Source: Eledone cirrhosa
Lineage: Eukaryota
Direction: 5' to 3'
Assembly: GCA_964016885.1 (NCBI GenBank)
Contig: OZ024764.1
Location: 16,740,001-16,804,000 of the forward strand
Length of the DNA stretch: 64,000 bases
Shown: positions 38,459-46,000 of the stretch, piece by piece
Numbering within the stretch: the stretch's first letter is position 1
How the letters are laid out: the number at the start of each line of letters is the position of its first letter
The notes under the pieces: model-generated
Told to the model about the DNA's origin: nothing
The model's input: only the letters and a program-made list of their open reading frames with translations
Database searches by the model: none
Program-made: the position numbers and the translations under genes

Positions 38459-40347
38459 TCCCCCACCCCGGAAAAAACCCCCAGTTGATGGATGTGAATC
38501 CGAAATATATAGGGACTATTAAATCTCTCCCAAGGTAACTCTCTCTCTCTTGTGTTGTCATTATTATTTTTACCCTTTCACTCTTCCCTTCATTCTACAC
38601 ATCTCACACATCTTATACACACCACGCATCTTAACGTACACCCACTTACATATCTCTCTCTCCTCCACCGGACCCTGTTACCCGGAGATTTACCCATTTG
38701 CATTGTCGAGGCTTCCAAACGACTTATAAATATTTACTTATTGTTCCACAATGCTTCAAGCAAACTTCAATACTCTCTTATATATATATATATATGTGTG
38801 TGCGTGTGTGCATACACATATATATATATATATATGTGTGTGTGTATACATACATGTGTGAATGCACATGGCTTAGTGGTTAGAGCATTGGGCTTGCAAT
38901 CGGAAGGTTGTGTCCTTGAGCAAGACACTTTATTTCACTTCATTTCATACCCTAGAAACGCCACTACGTCACGCCTATGACACCACTAGCCAAATTACCC
39001 GCGCCTTGCTGCGTTTCACACATTGTTTTTGTAAGAAAATGATTGATTTTAAATCAGTGATATAATTTATGGAGAAAACCTCTGCATTTCAATATTACTC
39101 AATGTAAAATGTAATGCATGAAAAATTGGAAAATGTTATTTTTTTGTAATATATCAAATCAAAATTACATTATTAAATCTTATTCATATTTTGTTTCTTG
39201 TAAATAATTTTTTTTCAAAATATCAATTCATTTAGTCTATTTTTGAGGGTTTTATTAACCCTTAACCCTTTAGCATTTACATTATTCTATATTTACTAGG
39301 GTGGTGGATTGGCAGTATCAGTAGAGAGTCGGACGCCATGCTTTCCAGCATAGTTACGTCCCTTTACGGTCTGAGTTCAAATCCCGCCGAGGTTAACTTT
39401 GCCTTTCATCCTTACGGGGTCGATAAAATAAAGTACCAGTAATGTACTGGGTAATTGCTGGCCTTGTGCCAAAAGTAGAAACAATTATTCTATATTTACT
39501 ATTGTATTTTCCTGGTAACCACTTTATCTTACATAATTATTTCACATAGGGGAATCTATGAGATTTTGATGTCATTTATTTCGAGAACAATACCTTAACA
39601 TAGGTATGAGTGGCCAGTTAGAACAGAAAGAGGTTAGCCGGATATGGCCGGTTTAAATGTTAATGGGTTAAGCATTTAAACTGGCTGTATCCGGCCAGAA
39701 TTCTCTTACCTCTATCTGTTCAAACCGGCTGTAACTGGCTTGGCTGCTCATTCTTATGTTAAGGTATTGTTATCAAAATAAATAATATCAAAATCTCATA
39801 TTTCAATATTCATCATCATCATCATCATCATCATCATACGTCTGCTTTTCCCTGCTTGCAAGGGTGGGACAGGTCCTATTCAGCACAGCATCTCTCCACT
39901 TGTCACAGTCCTTCATCATCTCTTCCAAGAGTTTCAGCCATCTGAGGTCTGCTCTCACTACCTCTGCCCATGTTTTTCATGGATATTATATGAGATAAAA
40001 CTTTTACTATGAAAATATAATAGTAATATAGAATAATTTAAATGACAAAGGGTTAAGCATCCATGCTTCCAACCCGAAGAGTAACATGTTAGATTACTAA
40101 ATCCTCCTCAAAATTCTTGATTATTTCAAAATGATTTGCAAGTGGTTGAAAACACTTACCTGAACTTTGTACCTGAACCAACCTCACCCCACCAGGTGAG
40201 ATGGACTAGGGTTCTGGCTGGGTGCTCAGGAACCGTCCACTCGATCCTGGGGATGGACAAACAGAGGAAACATCTAAGATGTCCTTCCACTTGGGGTGGT
40301 AGAGCTGTACTGACTGCGATGTGGTGACTCAGGGATGAACTCAACAT
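1990..40347 (-). CDS. C2CD3: C2 domain-containing protein 3 (centriole elongation/ciliogenesis); multi-exon, 3'-partial (continues beyond the window start)
   Basis: 37 coding exons, all GT-AG and phase-consistent, 5184 nt = 1728 codons: 40160-40347, 38224-38321, 37375-37483, 36661-36737, 35642-35766, 34396-34603, 33416-33587, 32694-32838, 31716-31817, 30808-31375, 29947-30121, 28851-28966, 27925-28043, 27591-27758, 26877-27042, 26241-26407, 25645-25759, 24346-24473, 22920-23039, 22228-22314, 19389-19493, 18688-18770, 17222-17277, 16232-16384, 15464-15595, 14814-14908, 14290-14415, 13750-13803, 12351-12443, 10861-10962, 9415-9583, 7551-7637, 6693-6908, 5415-5555, 4844-4955, 3280-3504, 1990-2071. 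Peptides match recalled C2CD3 motifs: [101 protein letters not shown] few junctions (33587, 32694, 7637) have plausible alternatives. Confidence 0.93.
2131..3140. repeat. 71-bp tandem repeat, about 14 copies
   Basis: Unit tataaggtactatttcacattaggtacatttatggctatgtggtcaaggagctcatttcacaatcatataa. Confidence 0.95.
4222..4577 (-). mobile_element. Internally deleted mariner element (MITE) nested in a SINE
   Basis: 31-bp TIRs taggttgaggaaaaagtttgtgcgccgtgtt / aacacggcgcacaaactttttcctcaaccta; TA target duplication (4220-4221, 4578-4579); remnant transposase C-terminus on the minus strand ([15 protein letters not shown]). Confidence 0.85.
5030..5340 (+). repeat. About 117-bp tandem repeat from a TTAACCCT-ended MITE
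   Basis: Unit ttaaccctttcattaccatatttctaatgaaagacactgttggtgtttggaacataac...; also at 14040-14215 (-), 61354-61700 and 63230-63310. Confidence 0.75.
5869..6636 (+). mobile_element. Probable non-autonomous Helitron
   Basis: 5' tatatatataaagttgta..tgtttgtttgt; 3' degenerate hairpin cccaggtaaaaccagg followed by CTAG|T. Confidence 0.5.
6945..7522. repeat. (CAC/CAT)n compound microsatellite
   Basis: Direct; similar tracts at 3570-3705, 25790-26225, 27270-27550 and 61065-61200. Confidence 0.95.
8034..8095 (+). ncRNA. Minimal type I hammerhead ribozyme motif (Penelope-like element/retrozyme type)
   Basis: Stem I TATTTTAT/ATAAAATA, CTGATGA (8042-8048), stem II gag-c-gtacc..ggtac-c-ctt, GAAA (8076-8079), 1-bp stem III extension with palindromic ATAT loop, AUA cleavage triplet ending at 8087. 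Confidence 0.7.
8364..8399 (-). ncRNA. Minimal hammerhead ribozyme motif (Penelope-like)
   Basis: Minus strand: tctt-CTGATGA-a-GGAC tagc GTCC-GAAA-CGTT-aaga; palindromic AACGTT stem III and stem I tctt/aaga. Confidence 0.65.
8511..8660. repeat. Imperfect inverted repeat (about 66-bp arms, about 16-nt loop)
   Basis: aaaagagaaataaacacagatatata...ccaggatcgctagg pairs with cctagcaatcctgg...tatatatctgtgtttatttctctttt. Confidence 0.85.
9233..9394. repeat. 162-bp spacer-less palindrome (81-bp arms, one mismatch)
   Basis: ttaccaaaggtttctggatcccagac...ataaaatat|atattttat...gtctgggatccagaaacctttggtaa; the only difference is ggatCgttc versus ggatTgttc. Confidence 0.95.
9602..10655 (+). mobile_element. 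piggyBac-type MITE with internal 72-bp unit expanded about 12-13x
   Basis: Starts TTAA-CCCTTTAGCATT; unit catttacattactctatatatactattgtattttcacagtaaaggctttacctcacataatatctcacata(g/a); the standard MITE 3' half follows the array. Confidence 0.85.
11420..12338. repeat. GA-rich compound microsatellite/minisatellite
   Basis: Direct; similar tracts at 32915-33320 and 37490-37985. Confidence 0.95.
12754..12933 (-). mobile_element. tRNA-derived SINE (family A) with 17-bp TSD
   Basis: TSD cgcgagcaatttataat at 12737-12753 and 12934-12950; B box gagttcaaatccc; core ctttgcctttcatccttacggggtcgataaaataaagtaccag. Other copies near 1135, 5585, 7735, 11020, 22360, 36780, 41386, 60107, 61985 and 63345. Confidence 0.85.
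14988..15435. repeat. 33-bp tandem repeat derived from the family A SINE core
   Basis: Unit ccccagtgtattactggtactttattctatcaa, about 13 copies; the SINE continues (cgtaaggatgaaaggc) after the array. Confidence 0.9.
16440..17135 (+). repeat. 65-bp tandem repeat (about 10 copies) carved from an RTE/Expander-like LINE fragment
   Basis: Unit gagagatcacagctctgatactacagacatgtggttagaatgtctcaggaaagaatctctgaatt, translating as [19 protein letters not shown]. Confidence 0.9.
17720..18630 (+). mobile_element. 31-bp minisatellite (about 20 copies) fused to the 3' end of an Ingi/Vingi-like LINE
   Basis: Unit gaggcactgcc(a/c)cctggagctaaaggtgagt (17720-18333), then [27 protein letters not shown] and a (gaa)n tail. 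The clade call is tentative. Confidence 0.7.
20279..22005 (+). mobile_element. piggyBac-type MITE with 72-bp unit expanded about 22x
   Basis: TTAA-CCCTTTAGCATTT ... AAAGGG-TTAA termini enclosing the array 20291-21862. Confidence 0.9.
22630..22850 (+). mobile_element. R4/Dong-like LINE restriction-like endonuclease fragment
   Basis: Translates [50 protein letters not shown]. Confidence 0.75.
24762..25397 (+). mobile_element. Complete non-autonomous Helitron inserted into a MITE/72-bp array
   Basis: 5' TCTATATATATAAAA..gtctgtctgt; 3' cccgtgcaacgccggg hairpin then CTAG; inserted between A and T (acataA|Tatctc) with no TSD; host MITE spans about 24535-25553. Confidence 0.85.
26416..26750. repeat. 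About 20-bp minisatellite
   Basis: Unit ggacatctgggctaattata with variants. Confidence 0.9.
28195..28567 (+). mobile_element. Full-length tRNA-derived SINE (family B) with RTE-type tail
   Basis: A box tggcttaatgg, B box gagttcaattc, core aggaagggcatccagctgtaga, (gat)n tail. Copies at 35905-36460, 23998-24335 (-) and 42630-42912 (-). Confidence 0.8.
29042..29545 (+). repeat. 72-bp MITE-derived array, about 7 copies
   Basis: Same unit as the arrays at 9602 and 20279. Confidence 0.9.
30350..30782. repeat. AC/AG-rich minisatellite (about 20-28-bp units)
   Basis: Recurrent cacacagacagacagacatatacaggga. Confidence 0.85.
31908..32432 (+). repeat. 72-bp MITE-derived array (about 5 copies) plus MITE 3' half
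   Basis: Same unit; ends aaatgctaaaggg-TTAA. Confidence 0.9.
33632..33912. repeat. 21-bp minisatellite, about 13 copies
   Basis: Unit atgtaggtt(c/t)agctggccc(c/a)t. Confidence 0.95.
34185..34370 (+). mobile_element. Family A SINE with 18-bp TSD
   Basis: TSD attactgtgtagtaacta on both sides; lies about 25 nt from the donor of exon 34396-34603. Confidence 0.85.
34944..35457. repeat. 48-bp tandem repeat (about 11 copies) derived from a family B SINE
   Basis: Unit gtgacacctacatgaccactttacagtgtggactgggtgctttttgct, contiguous with SINE sequence on the left. Confidence 0.9.
39263..40056. mobile_element. Two piggyBac-type MITE copies in inverted orientation, each interrupted by a retroposon
   Basis: + copy 39263-39671 (SINE insert with TSD attattctatatttacta); - copy 39672-40056 (RTE-tail insert). 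Confidence 0.75.
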
Positions 40348-40423
40348 TGTGTCATCGACAGATCTGGAAATACAATATATATACAGCATCATCATTGTTT
40401 TAACGTCTACTTTCCACATTAGC

Positions 40424-40460
<37 letters not shown>

Positions 40461-41331
40461 TATAAACAATATGCCCCCCCCCCCCCCCCCCCCCCCCCAC
40501 CGCAAGGTGGTCGTGGAGGTGCCACGGCAAAAAAGCACCCAGCCCACACTGTAAAGTGGACGTGTAGGCGCCACGAAAAAGCACCCAGCACTCACTGTAA
40601 ATGAGGTTGGTGTTAGGAAGGGCATCCAGCTGTAGAAATCAAGCCAGATCAGTTCCTGTATGAGCAAGGCATGGTCAGCCGACCAGACACTGCCCACAAC
40701 AGGACAACCCGTCTAACCCATGCTAGCGTGGAAGAACGGACGTAAAACGGTGATGATGATGATGATGATGATATATATATATATATACACGTGCATATAT
40801 ATATACACACACACATATATATATATACAAACACACACACATATACATACACCCACACACACATATATACATACAAACACATGATATACATACACACATA
40901 TATATATATATACACATATATACATACACACATATATACATACACTCACACACATATATATGTATATATATACATACACACACATATATATATATACACA
41001 TATATACATACACACACATATATACATACTCACACATATATATATATATACATACACACATACACACATATATACATACAAACACATAATATACATACAC
41101 ACACACATATATATATATAGTGAAATAAGAAGGGATATTCAATTTTTTTTTGTTGGTAATTCAACAAATATAAATGTTTATAACTGATTTAGAGCACTCA
41201 ACAAGATTTCTGCACTATATATTAATAATTTTAAATATCTGTTTTTTTCTCTTCCCTTCACTTTCCAGGGATAACTTGAACCGTTAAGGTATATCATCCT
41301 TGGTCAGGCCAAATATTTATAAAACATTTTG

Positions 41332-41566
41332 TATTTTATCTGATGAGAGCGTACCAAAATTTTTGGTACCCTTGGAATATATATAATTGTTTCTACTTTT
41401 GGCACAAGGCCAGCAATTACCCAGTAGATTACTGGTACTTTATTTTATCGACCCTGTAAGGATGAAAGGCAAAGTTAACCTCGGCGGGATTTGAACTCAG
41501 AATCTCATCTGATGAAAGCGCACCATAATTTACCTTGGTCGCCCTTGAAATATATATAATAAAATA
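41332..41566 (+). ncRNA. Two tandem hammerhead-like cores of the same family as 8034-8095, separated by a SINE fragment
   Basis: tattttat-CTGATGA-gagcgtacc..ggtaccctt-GGAA-tatatata (41332-41385, GAAA mutated) and CTGATGA-aagcgcacc..ggtcgccctt-GAAA-tatatata-ataaaata (41509-41566); the downstream flank matches 8096-8135. Confidence 0.55.
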
Positions 41567-41703
41567 AATATGGTTTTATAAATATAGCTTCCATTTATTA
41601 ATATATTGTATAAGGGGGAAGGGGTCCGTAGATGAAAGATCAAGGGGAACTGCCCGATCGATTCGAAGAGATCGTATTTAGTGTAAACAAACTTCCATAT
41701 ATT

Positions 41704-41880
41704 TGACATGTATGATCTACCAATGGTTTCGGAGTCCAGTCGTGGCCATCACTGTATAATGGAAGAGGCATATATATCTGTGAAGGTGCCCGAATGAAGA
41801 GCCAGTTTAAACCCATCTCCTCCATTTGACAGTGGTGGCCATGACTGGACTCTGAAACCAATGGTAGCATATACATGTCA
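41704..41880. repeat. Imperfect inverted repeat (about 62-bp arms, about 53-nt loop); MITE- or hairpin-like
   Basis: tgacatgtat..ctaccaatggtttcggagtccagtcgtggcca.. is the reverse complement of ..tggccatgactggactctgaaaccaatggtag..atacatgtca. Confidence 0.85.
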
Positions 41881-41988
41881 GGTGCATGAAACTTTGTTTA
41901 TACTATATATATATATACGGTGTATGATATATATATATATATATATATACGGTGTATGATATATATATATATATATATATACGGTGTA

Positions 41989-42046
<58 letters not shown>

Positions 42047-42369
42047 GCTGTGTGTGTATTGTGTATGTATATATATATACGCTGTATGTGTGTGTGTGTA
42101 TATATATATATATAAACACACGGTGTATACATATATATACACACCGCATGAGTGTATATACACACACTCTCATATATATATGTATAAACACATTTATATA
42201 AATATATACGTATATATACACAGTGTATACATATATATACGCTTAATCTACTATATATATGTATATATATATATATATATATATCCAGATATAGCCGTCG
42301 AAAGAGCTTGAGCTCTGCCGTAGGGGTCCTGAACATTTTCCTATATATATATTATTCAAAAGAACTTAC

Positions 42370-42545
42370 CTTTTTTCAAAGGTTTAATTTAAAAATGAAC
42401 AATAAACCCTGTACTTTGTGTCCGCCTCACATATTAAAGACAGAATGGCGGACAAGACTAACTAAAGGAATTTTGATAAACTTTCTGAAGCGACATTACA
42501 ATCATGAACAGACAAGTTGCGCGCCATATTTACTGCATAGCAACG
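42370..42545 (-). other. C2CD3: Probable non-coding first exon (5' UTR) of C2CD3
   Basis: Strong donor AAAG|GTAAGT at 42370/42369. Splicing to the acceptor at 40363 places an in-frame TAA upstream of ATG 40347. Unique non-repeat sequence directly downstream of ETS/YY1 motifs. The 5' end is approximate. Confidence 0.65.
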
Positions 42546-42560
42546 TAAACTTCCGGTAAT
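42520..42560 (-). promoter_or_regulatory. Housekeeping-type core promoter of C2CD3 (ETS and YY1-like motifs)
   Basis: Minus strand reads ACCGGAAGT (ETS/GABP consensus, about 42549-42557), followed about 20 nt later by AAATATGGCG (YY1-like), with locally elevated CpG. Confidence 0.55.
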
Positions 42561-43060
42561 CAGCAGTAGCAGGCTATGTGGATGAGGAGGGGGGGCTTTC
42601 AATTAAGCCAGTGTGTGTGTGTATGTGAGTCATCATCATCATCATCATCATTTCATTTTACGTCCACTTTTCCCTGTTTGCAAGGGTGGGATGGGAACTG
42701 ATTCTGGCTTGATTTCTACAGCTGGATGCCCTTCCTAACACCAACCTCATTTACAGTGAGTGCTGGGTGCTTTTTTGCCGTGGCACCTCCACGACCACTT
42801 TGCAGTGGAATGATAGGGACCCCAGTCCCTATCATCTCATTTCTACAGCTGAGTAAACTGGAGCAATGTGAAATAAAGTGTCTTGCTCAAGGAAACAACA
42901 CATCACCCGGTCTGATAATTTTTTGCTGGAGAGGGGAAAGTTATTTAAATAGACTCCAGTGAATTACTGGTACTTTATTTTATCGCCTCCCCTGTAAGGA
43001 CAGTTATAACACATCTCATTTCAATTCAATTCAGTTTTGGGTTATTTCAATTTAATTTAA

Positions 43061-46000
43061 TTAATTTTATTTTATTTTGAAAGTAGGTTCATAAGGATGA
43101 ATTTTCAGTAGATTATTGTAGCAATGTTGGTGGCTTAGTGGGAAGTCCTAAAGATAGTTTGATCCTGGTCTGAGGTTCAATCCTGGTCTGGGAGATATAT
43201 GTAAAGTATCATTACTTTTTTTTCAATTTTCCTTTTACATTTCTTTGGAAAAAACTGAAAAACTTTTGCGAGAACCCCAATATGTATTTATTTTATTTTA
43301 TTTAATTTTAATTTAATTCAGTTATTTTATTTTGAAAGTAGCTTTATAAGTATTAACTTTCAGAAGATTTTTGTAGCTGTTTTATTGGCCTAGTGGGAGT
43401 TAGCAAGTGAGCTGTTCGTTTTAAAGGCAGGTCAGTTTTTTAGGATAATCTATGGTCAACTACACCATGGTCATGGATGAAATAAACAGTTTAGGGGCCT
43501 CAACTTCTCGTAGGAACCTCTACAACCAGCTAAACCATAGTCAGTGCCAGGTGAGAGGGTGGTTGAAGCAGTTTAAGGGTGTAAACTACGGCCACTCAAA
43601 CCCTAATCAAAGTAATGGATTTCCTACGGCCAGCTACTATCTCCTTAGGGCCAAAGAAGCAGTTGGTCTCAAGACAATGTTTTTAATTTAATTAATTTGA
43701 TTTTATTTTGAAAGTAGGTTCATAAGGATGAATTTTCAGTAGATTATTGTAGCAGTGTTGGTGGCTTAGTGGGAAGTCCTAAAGATAGTTTGACCCTGGT
43801 CTGAGGTTCAATCTTGGTCTGGGAGATATATGTAAAGTGTCATTACTTTTTTTTCAATTTTCCTTTTACATTTCTTTGGAAAAAACTGAAAAACTTTTGG
43901 GAGAACCCCAATATGTATTTATTTTATTTTATTTAATTTTAATTTAATTCAGTTATTTTATTTTGAAAGTAGCTTTATAAGTATTAACTTTCAGAAGATT
44001 TTTGTAGCTGTTTTATTGGCCTAGTGGGAGTTAGCAAGTGAGCTGTTCGTTTTAAAGGCAGGTCAGTTTTTTAGGAGAGTCTATGGTCAACTACACCATG
44101 GTCATGGATGAAATAAACAGTTTAGGGGCCTCAACTTCTTGTAGGAACCTCTACAACCAGCTAACACTGCCAGGTGAGAGGGTGGTTGAAGCAGTTTAAG
44201 GGTGTAAACTACGGCCACTCAAACCCTAATCAAAGTAATGGATTTCCTACGGCCAGCTACTATCTCCTTAGGGCCAAAGAAGCAGTTGGTCTCAAGACAA
44301 TGTTTTTAATTTAATTAATTTGATTTTATTTTGAAAGTAGGTTCATAAGGATGAATTTTCAGTAGATTATTGTAGCAGTGTTGGTGGCTTAGTGGGAAGT
44401 CCTAAAGATGGTTTGACCCTGGTCTGAGGTTCAATCTTGGTCTGGGAGATATATGTAAAGTGTCATTACTTTTTTTCAATTTTCCTTTTACATTTCTTTG
44501 GAAAAAACTGAAAAACTTTTGCGAGAACCCCAATATGTATTTATTTTATTTTATTTTATTTAAATTTAATTGTTATTTTATTTTGAAAGTAGCTTTATAA
44601 GTATTAACTTTCAGTAGATTTTTGTAGCTGTTTTATTGGCCTAGTGGGAGTTAGCAAGTGAGCTGTTCGTTTTAAAGGCAGGTCAGTTTTTTAGGATAAT
44701 CTATGGTCAACTACACCATGGTCATGGATGAAATAAACAGTTTAGGGGCCTCAATTTCTCGTAGGAACCTCTACAACCAGCTAAACCATAGTCAGTGCCA
44801 GGTGAGAGGGTGATTGAAGCAGTTTAAGGGTGTAAACTACGGCCACTCAAACCCTAATCAAAGTAATGGATTTCCTACGGCCAGCTACTATCTCCTTAGG
44901 GCCAAAGAAGCAGTTGGTCTCAAGACAATGTTTTTAATTTAATTAATTTTATTTTATTTTGAAAGTAGGTTCATAAGGATGAATTTTCAGTAGATTATTG
45001 TAGCAGTGTTGGTGGCTTAGTGGGAAGTCCTAAAGATAGTTTGACCCTGGTCTGAGGTTCAATCTTGGTCTGGGAGATATATGTAAAGTGTCATTACTTT
45101 TTTTCAATTTTCCTTTTACATTTCTTTGGAAAAAACTGAAAAACTTTTGCGAGAACCCCAATATGTATTTATTTTATTTTATTTAATTTTAATTTCATTC
45201 AGTTATTTTATTTTGAAAGTAGCTTTATAAGTATTAACTTTCAGTAGATTTTTGTAGCTGTTTTATTGGCCTAGTGGGAGTTAGCAAGTGAGCTGTTCGT
45301 TTTAAAGGCAGGTCAGTTTTTTAGGATAATCTATGGTCAACTACACCATGGTCATGGATGAAATAAACAGTTTAGGGGCCTCAACTTCTTGTAGGAACCT
45401 CTACAACCAGCTAACACTGCCAGGTGAGAGGGTGGTTGAAGCAGTTTAAGGGTGTAAACTACGGCCACTCAAACCCTAATCAAAGTAATGGATTTCCTAC
45501 GGCCAGCTACTATCTCCTTAGGGCCAAAGAAGCAGTTGGTCTCAAGACAATGTTTTTAATTTAATTAATTTGATTTTATTTTGAAAGTAGGTTCATAAGG
45601 ATGAATTTTCAGTAGATTATTGTAGCAGTGTTGGTGGCTTAGTGGGAAGTCCTAAAGATGGTTTGACCCTGGTCTGAGGTTCAATCTTGGTCTGGGAGAT
45701 ATATGTAAAGTGTCATTACTTTTTTTCAATTTTCCTTTTACATTTCTTTGGAAAAAACTGAAAAACTTTTGCGAGAACCCCAATATGTATTTATTTTATT
45801 TTATTTTATTTAAATTTAATTGTTATTTTATTTTGAAAGTAGCTTTATAAGTATTAACTTTCAGTAGATTTTTGTAGCTGTTTTATTGGCCTAGTGGGAG
45901 TTAGCAAGTGAGCTGTTCGTTTTAAAGGCAGGTCAGTTTTTTAGGATAATCTATGGTCAACTACACCATGGTCATGGATGAAATAAACAGTTTAGGGGCC

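Noticed and set aside
38475-38518. Hammerhead-like ggat-gtga-atcc-GAAA-tatata
   Set aside because: The CUGANGA core is degenerate (cagttga); at most a dead Penelope-type remnant.
42295-42340. Short element with gagc/gctc hairpin, also inverted at about 19135-19172
   Set aside because: Looks like a small dispersed repeat; the ribozyme-like reading needs a G at the cleavage site and has a broken core.
43124-43195. Possible tRNA gene array
   Set aside because: A and B boxes are present, but acceptor and T stems do not pair and no anticodon arm forms.
43585-43632. ctacggcca motifs resembling the 5' end of 5S rRNA, so a possible 5S array
   Set aside because: Match is only 9-10 nt; no internal control region or remaining 5S sequence.
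43452-43691. 79-aa ORF in the macrosatellite (also at 49709)
   Set aside because: Open in only 2 of 18 monomers; the others carry a TGA or a frameshifting deletion; no recognisable domain.
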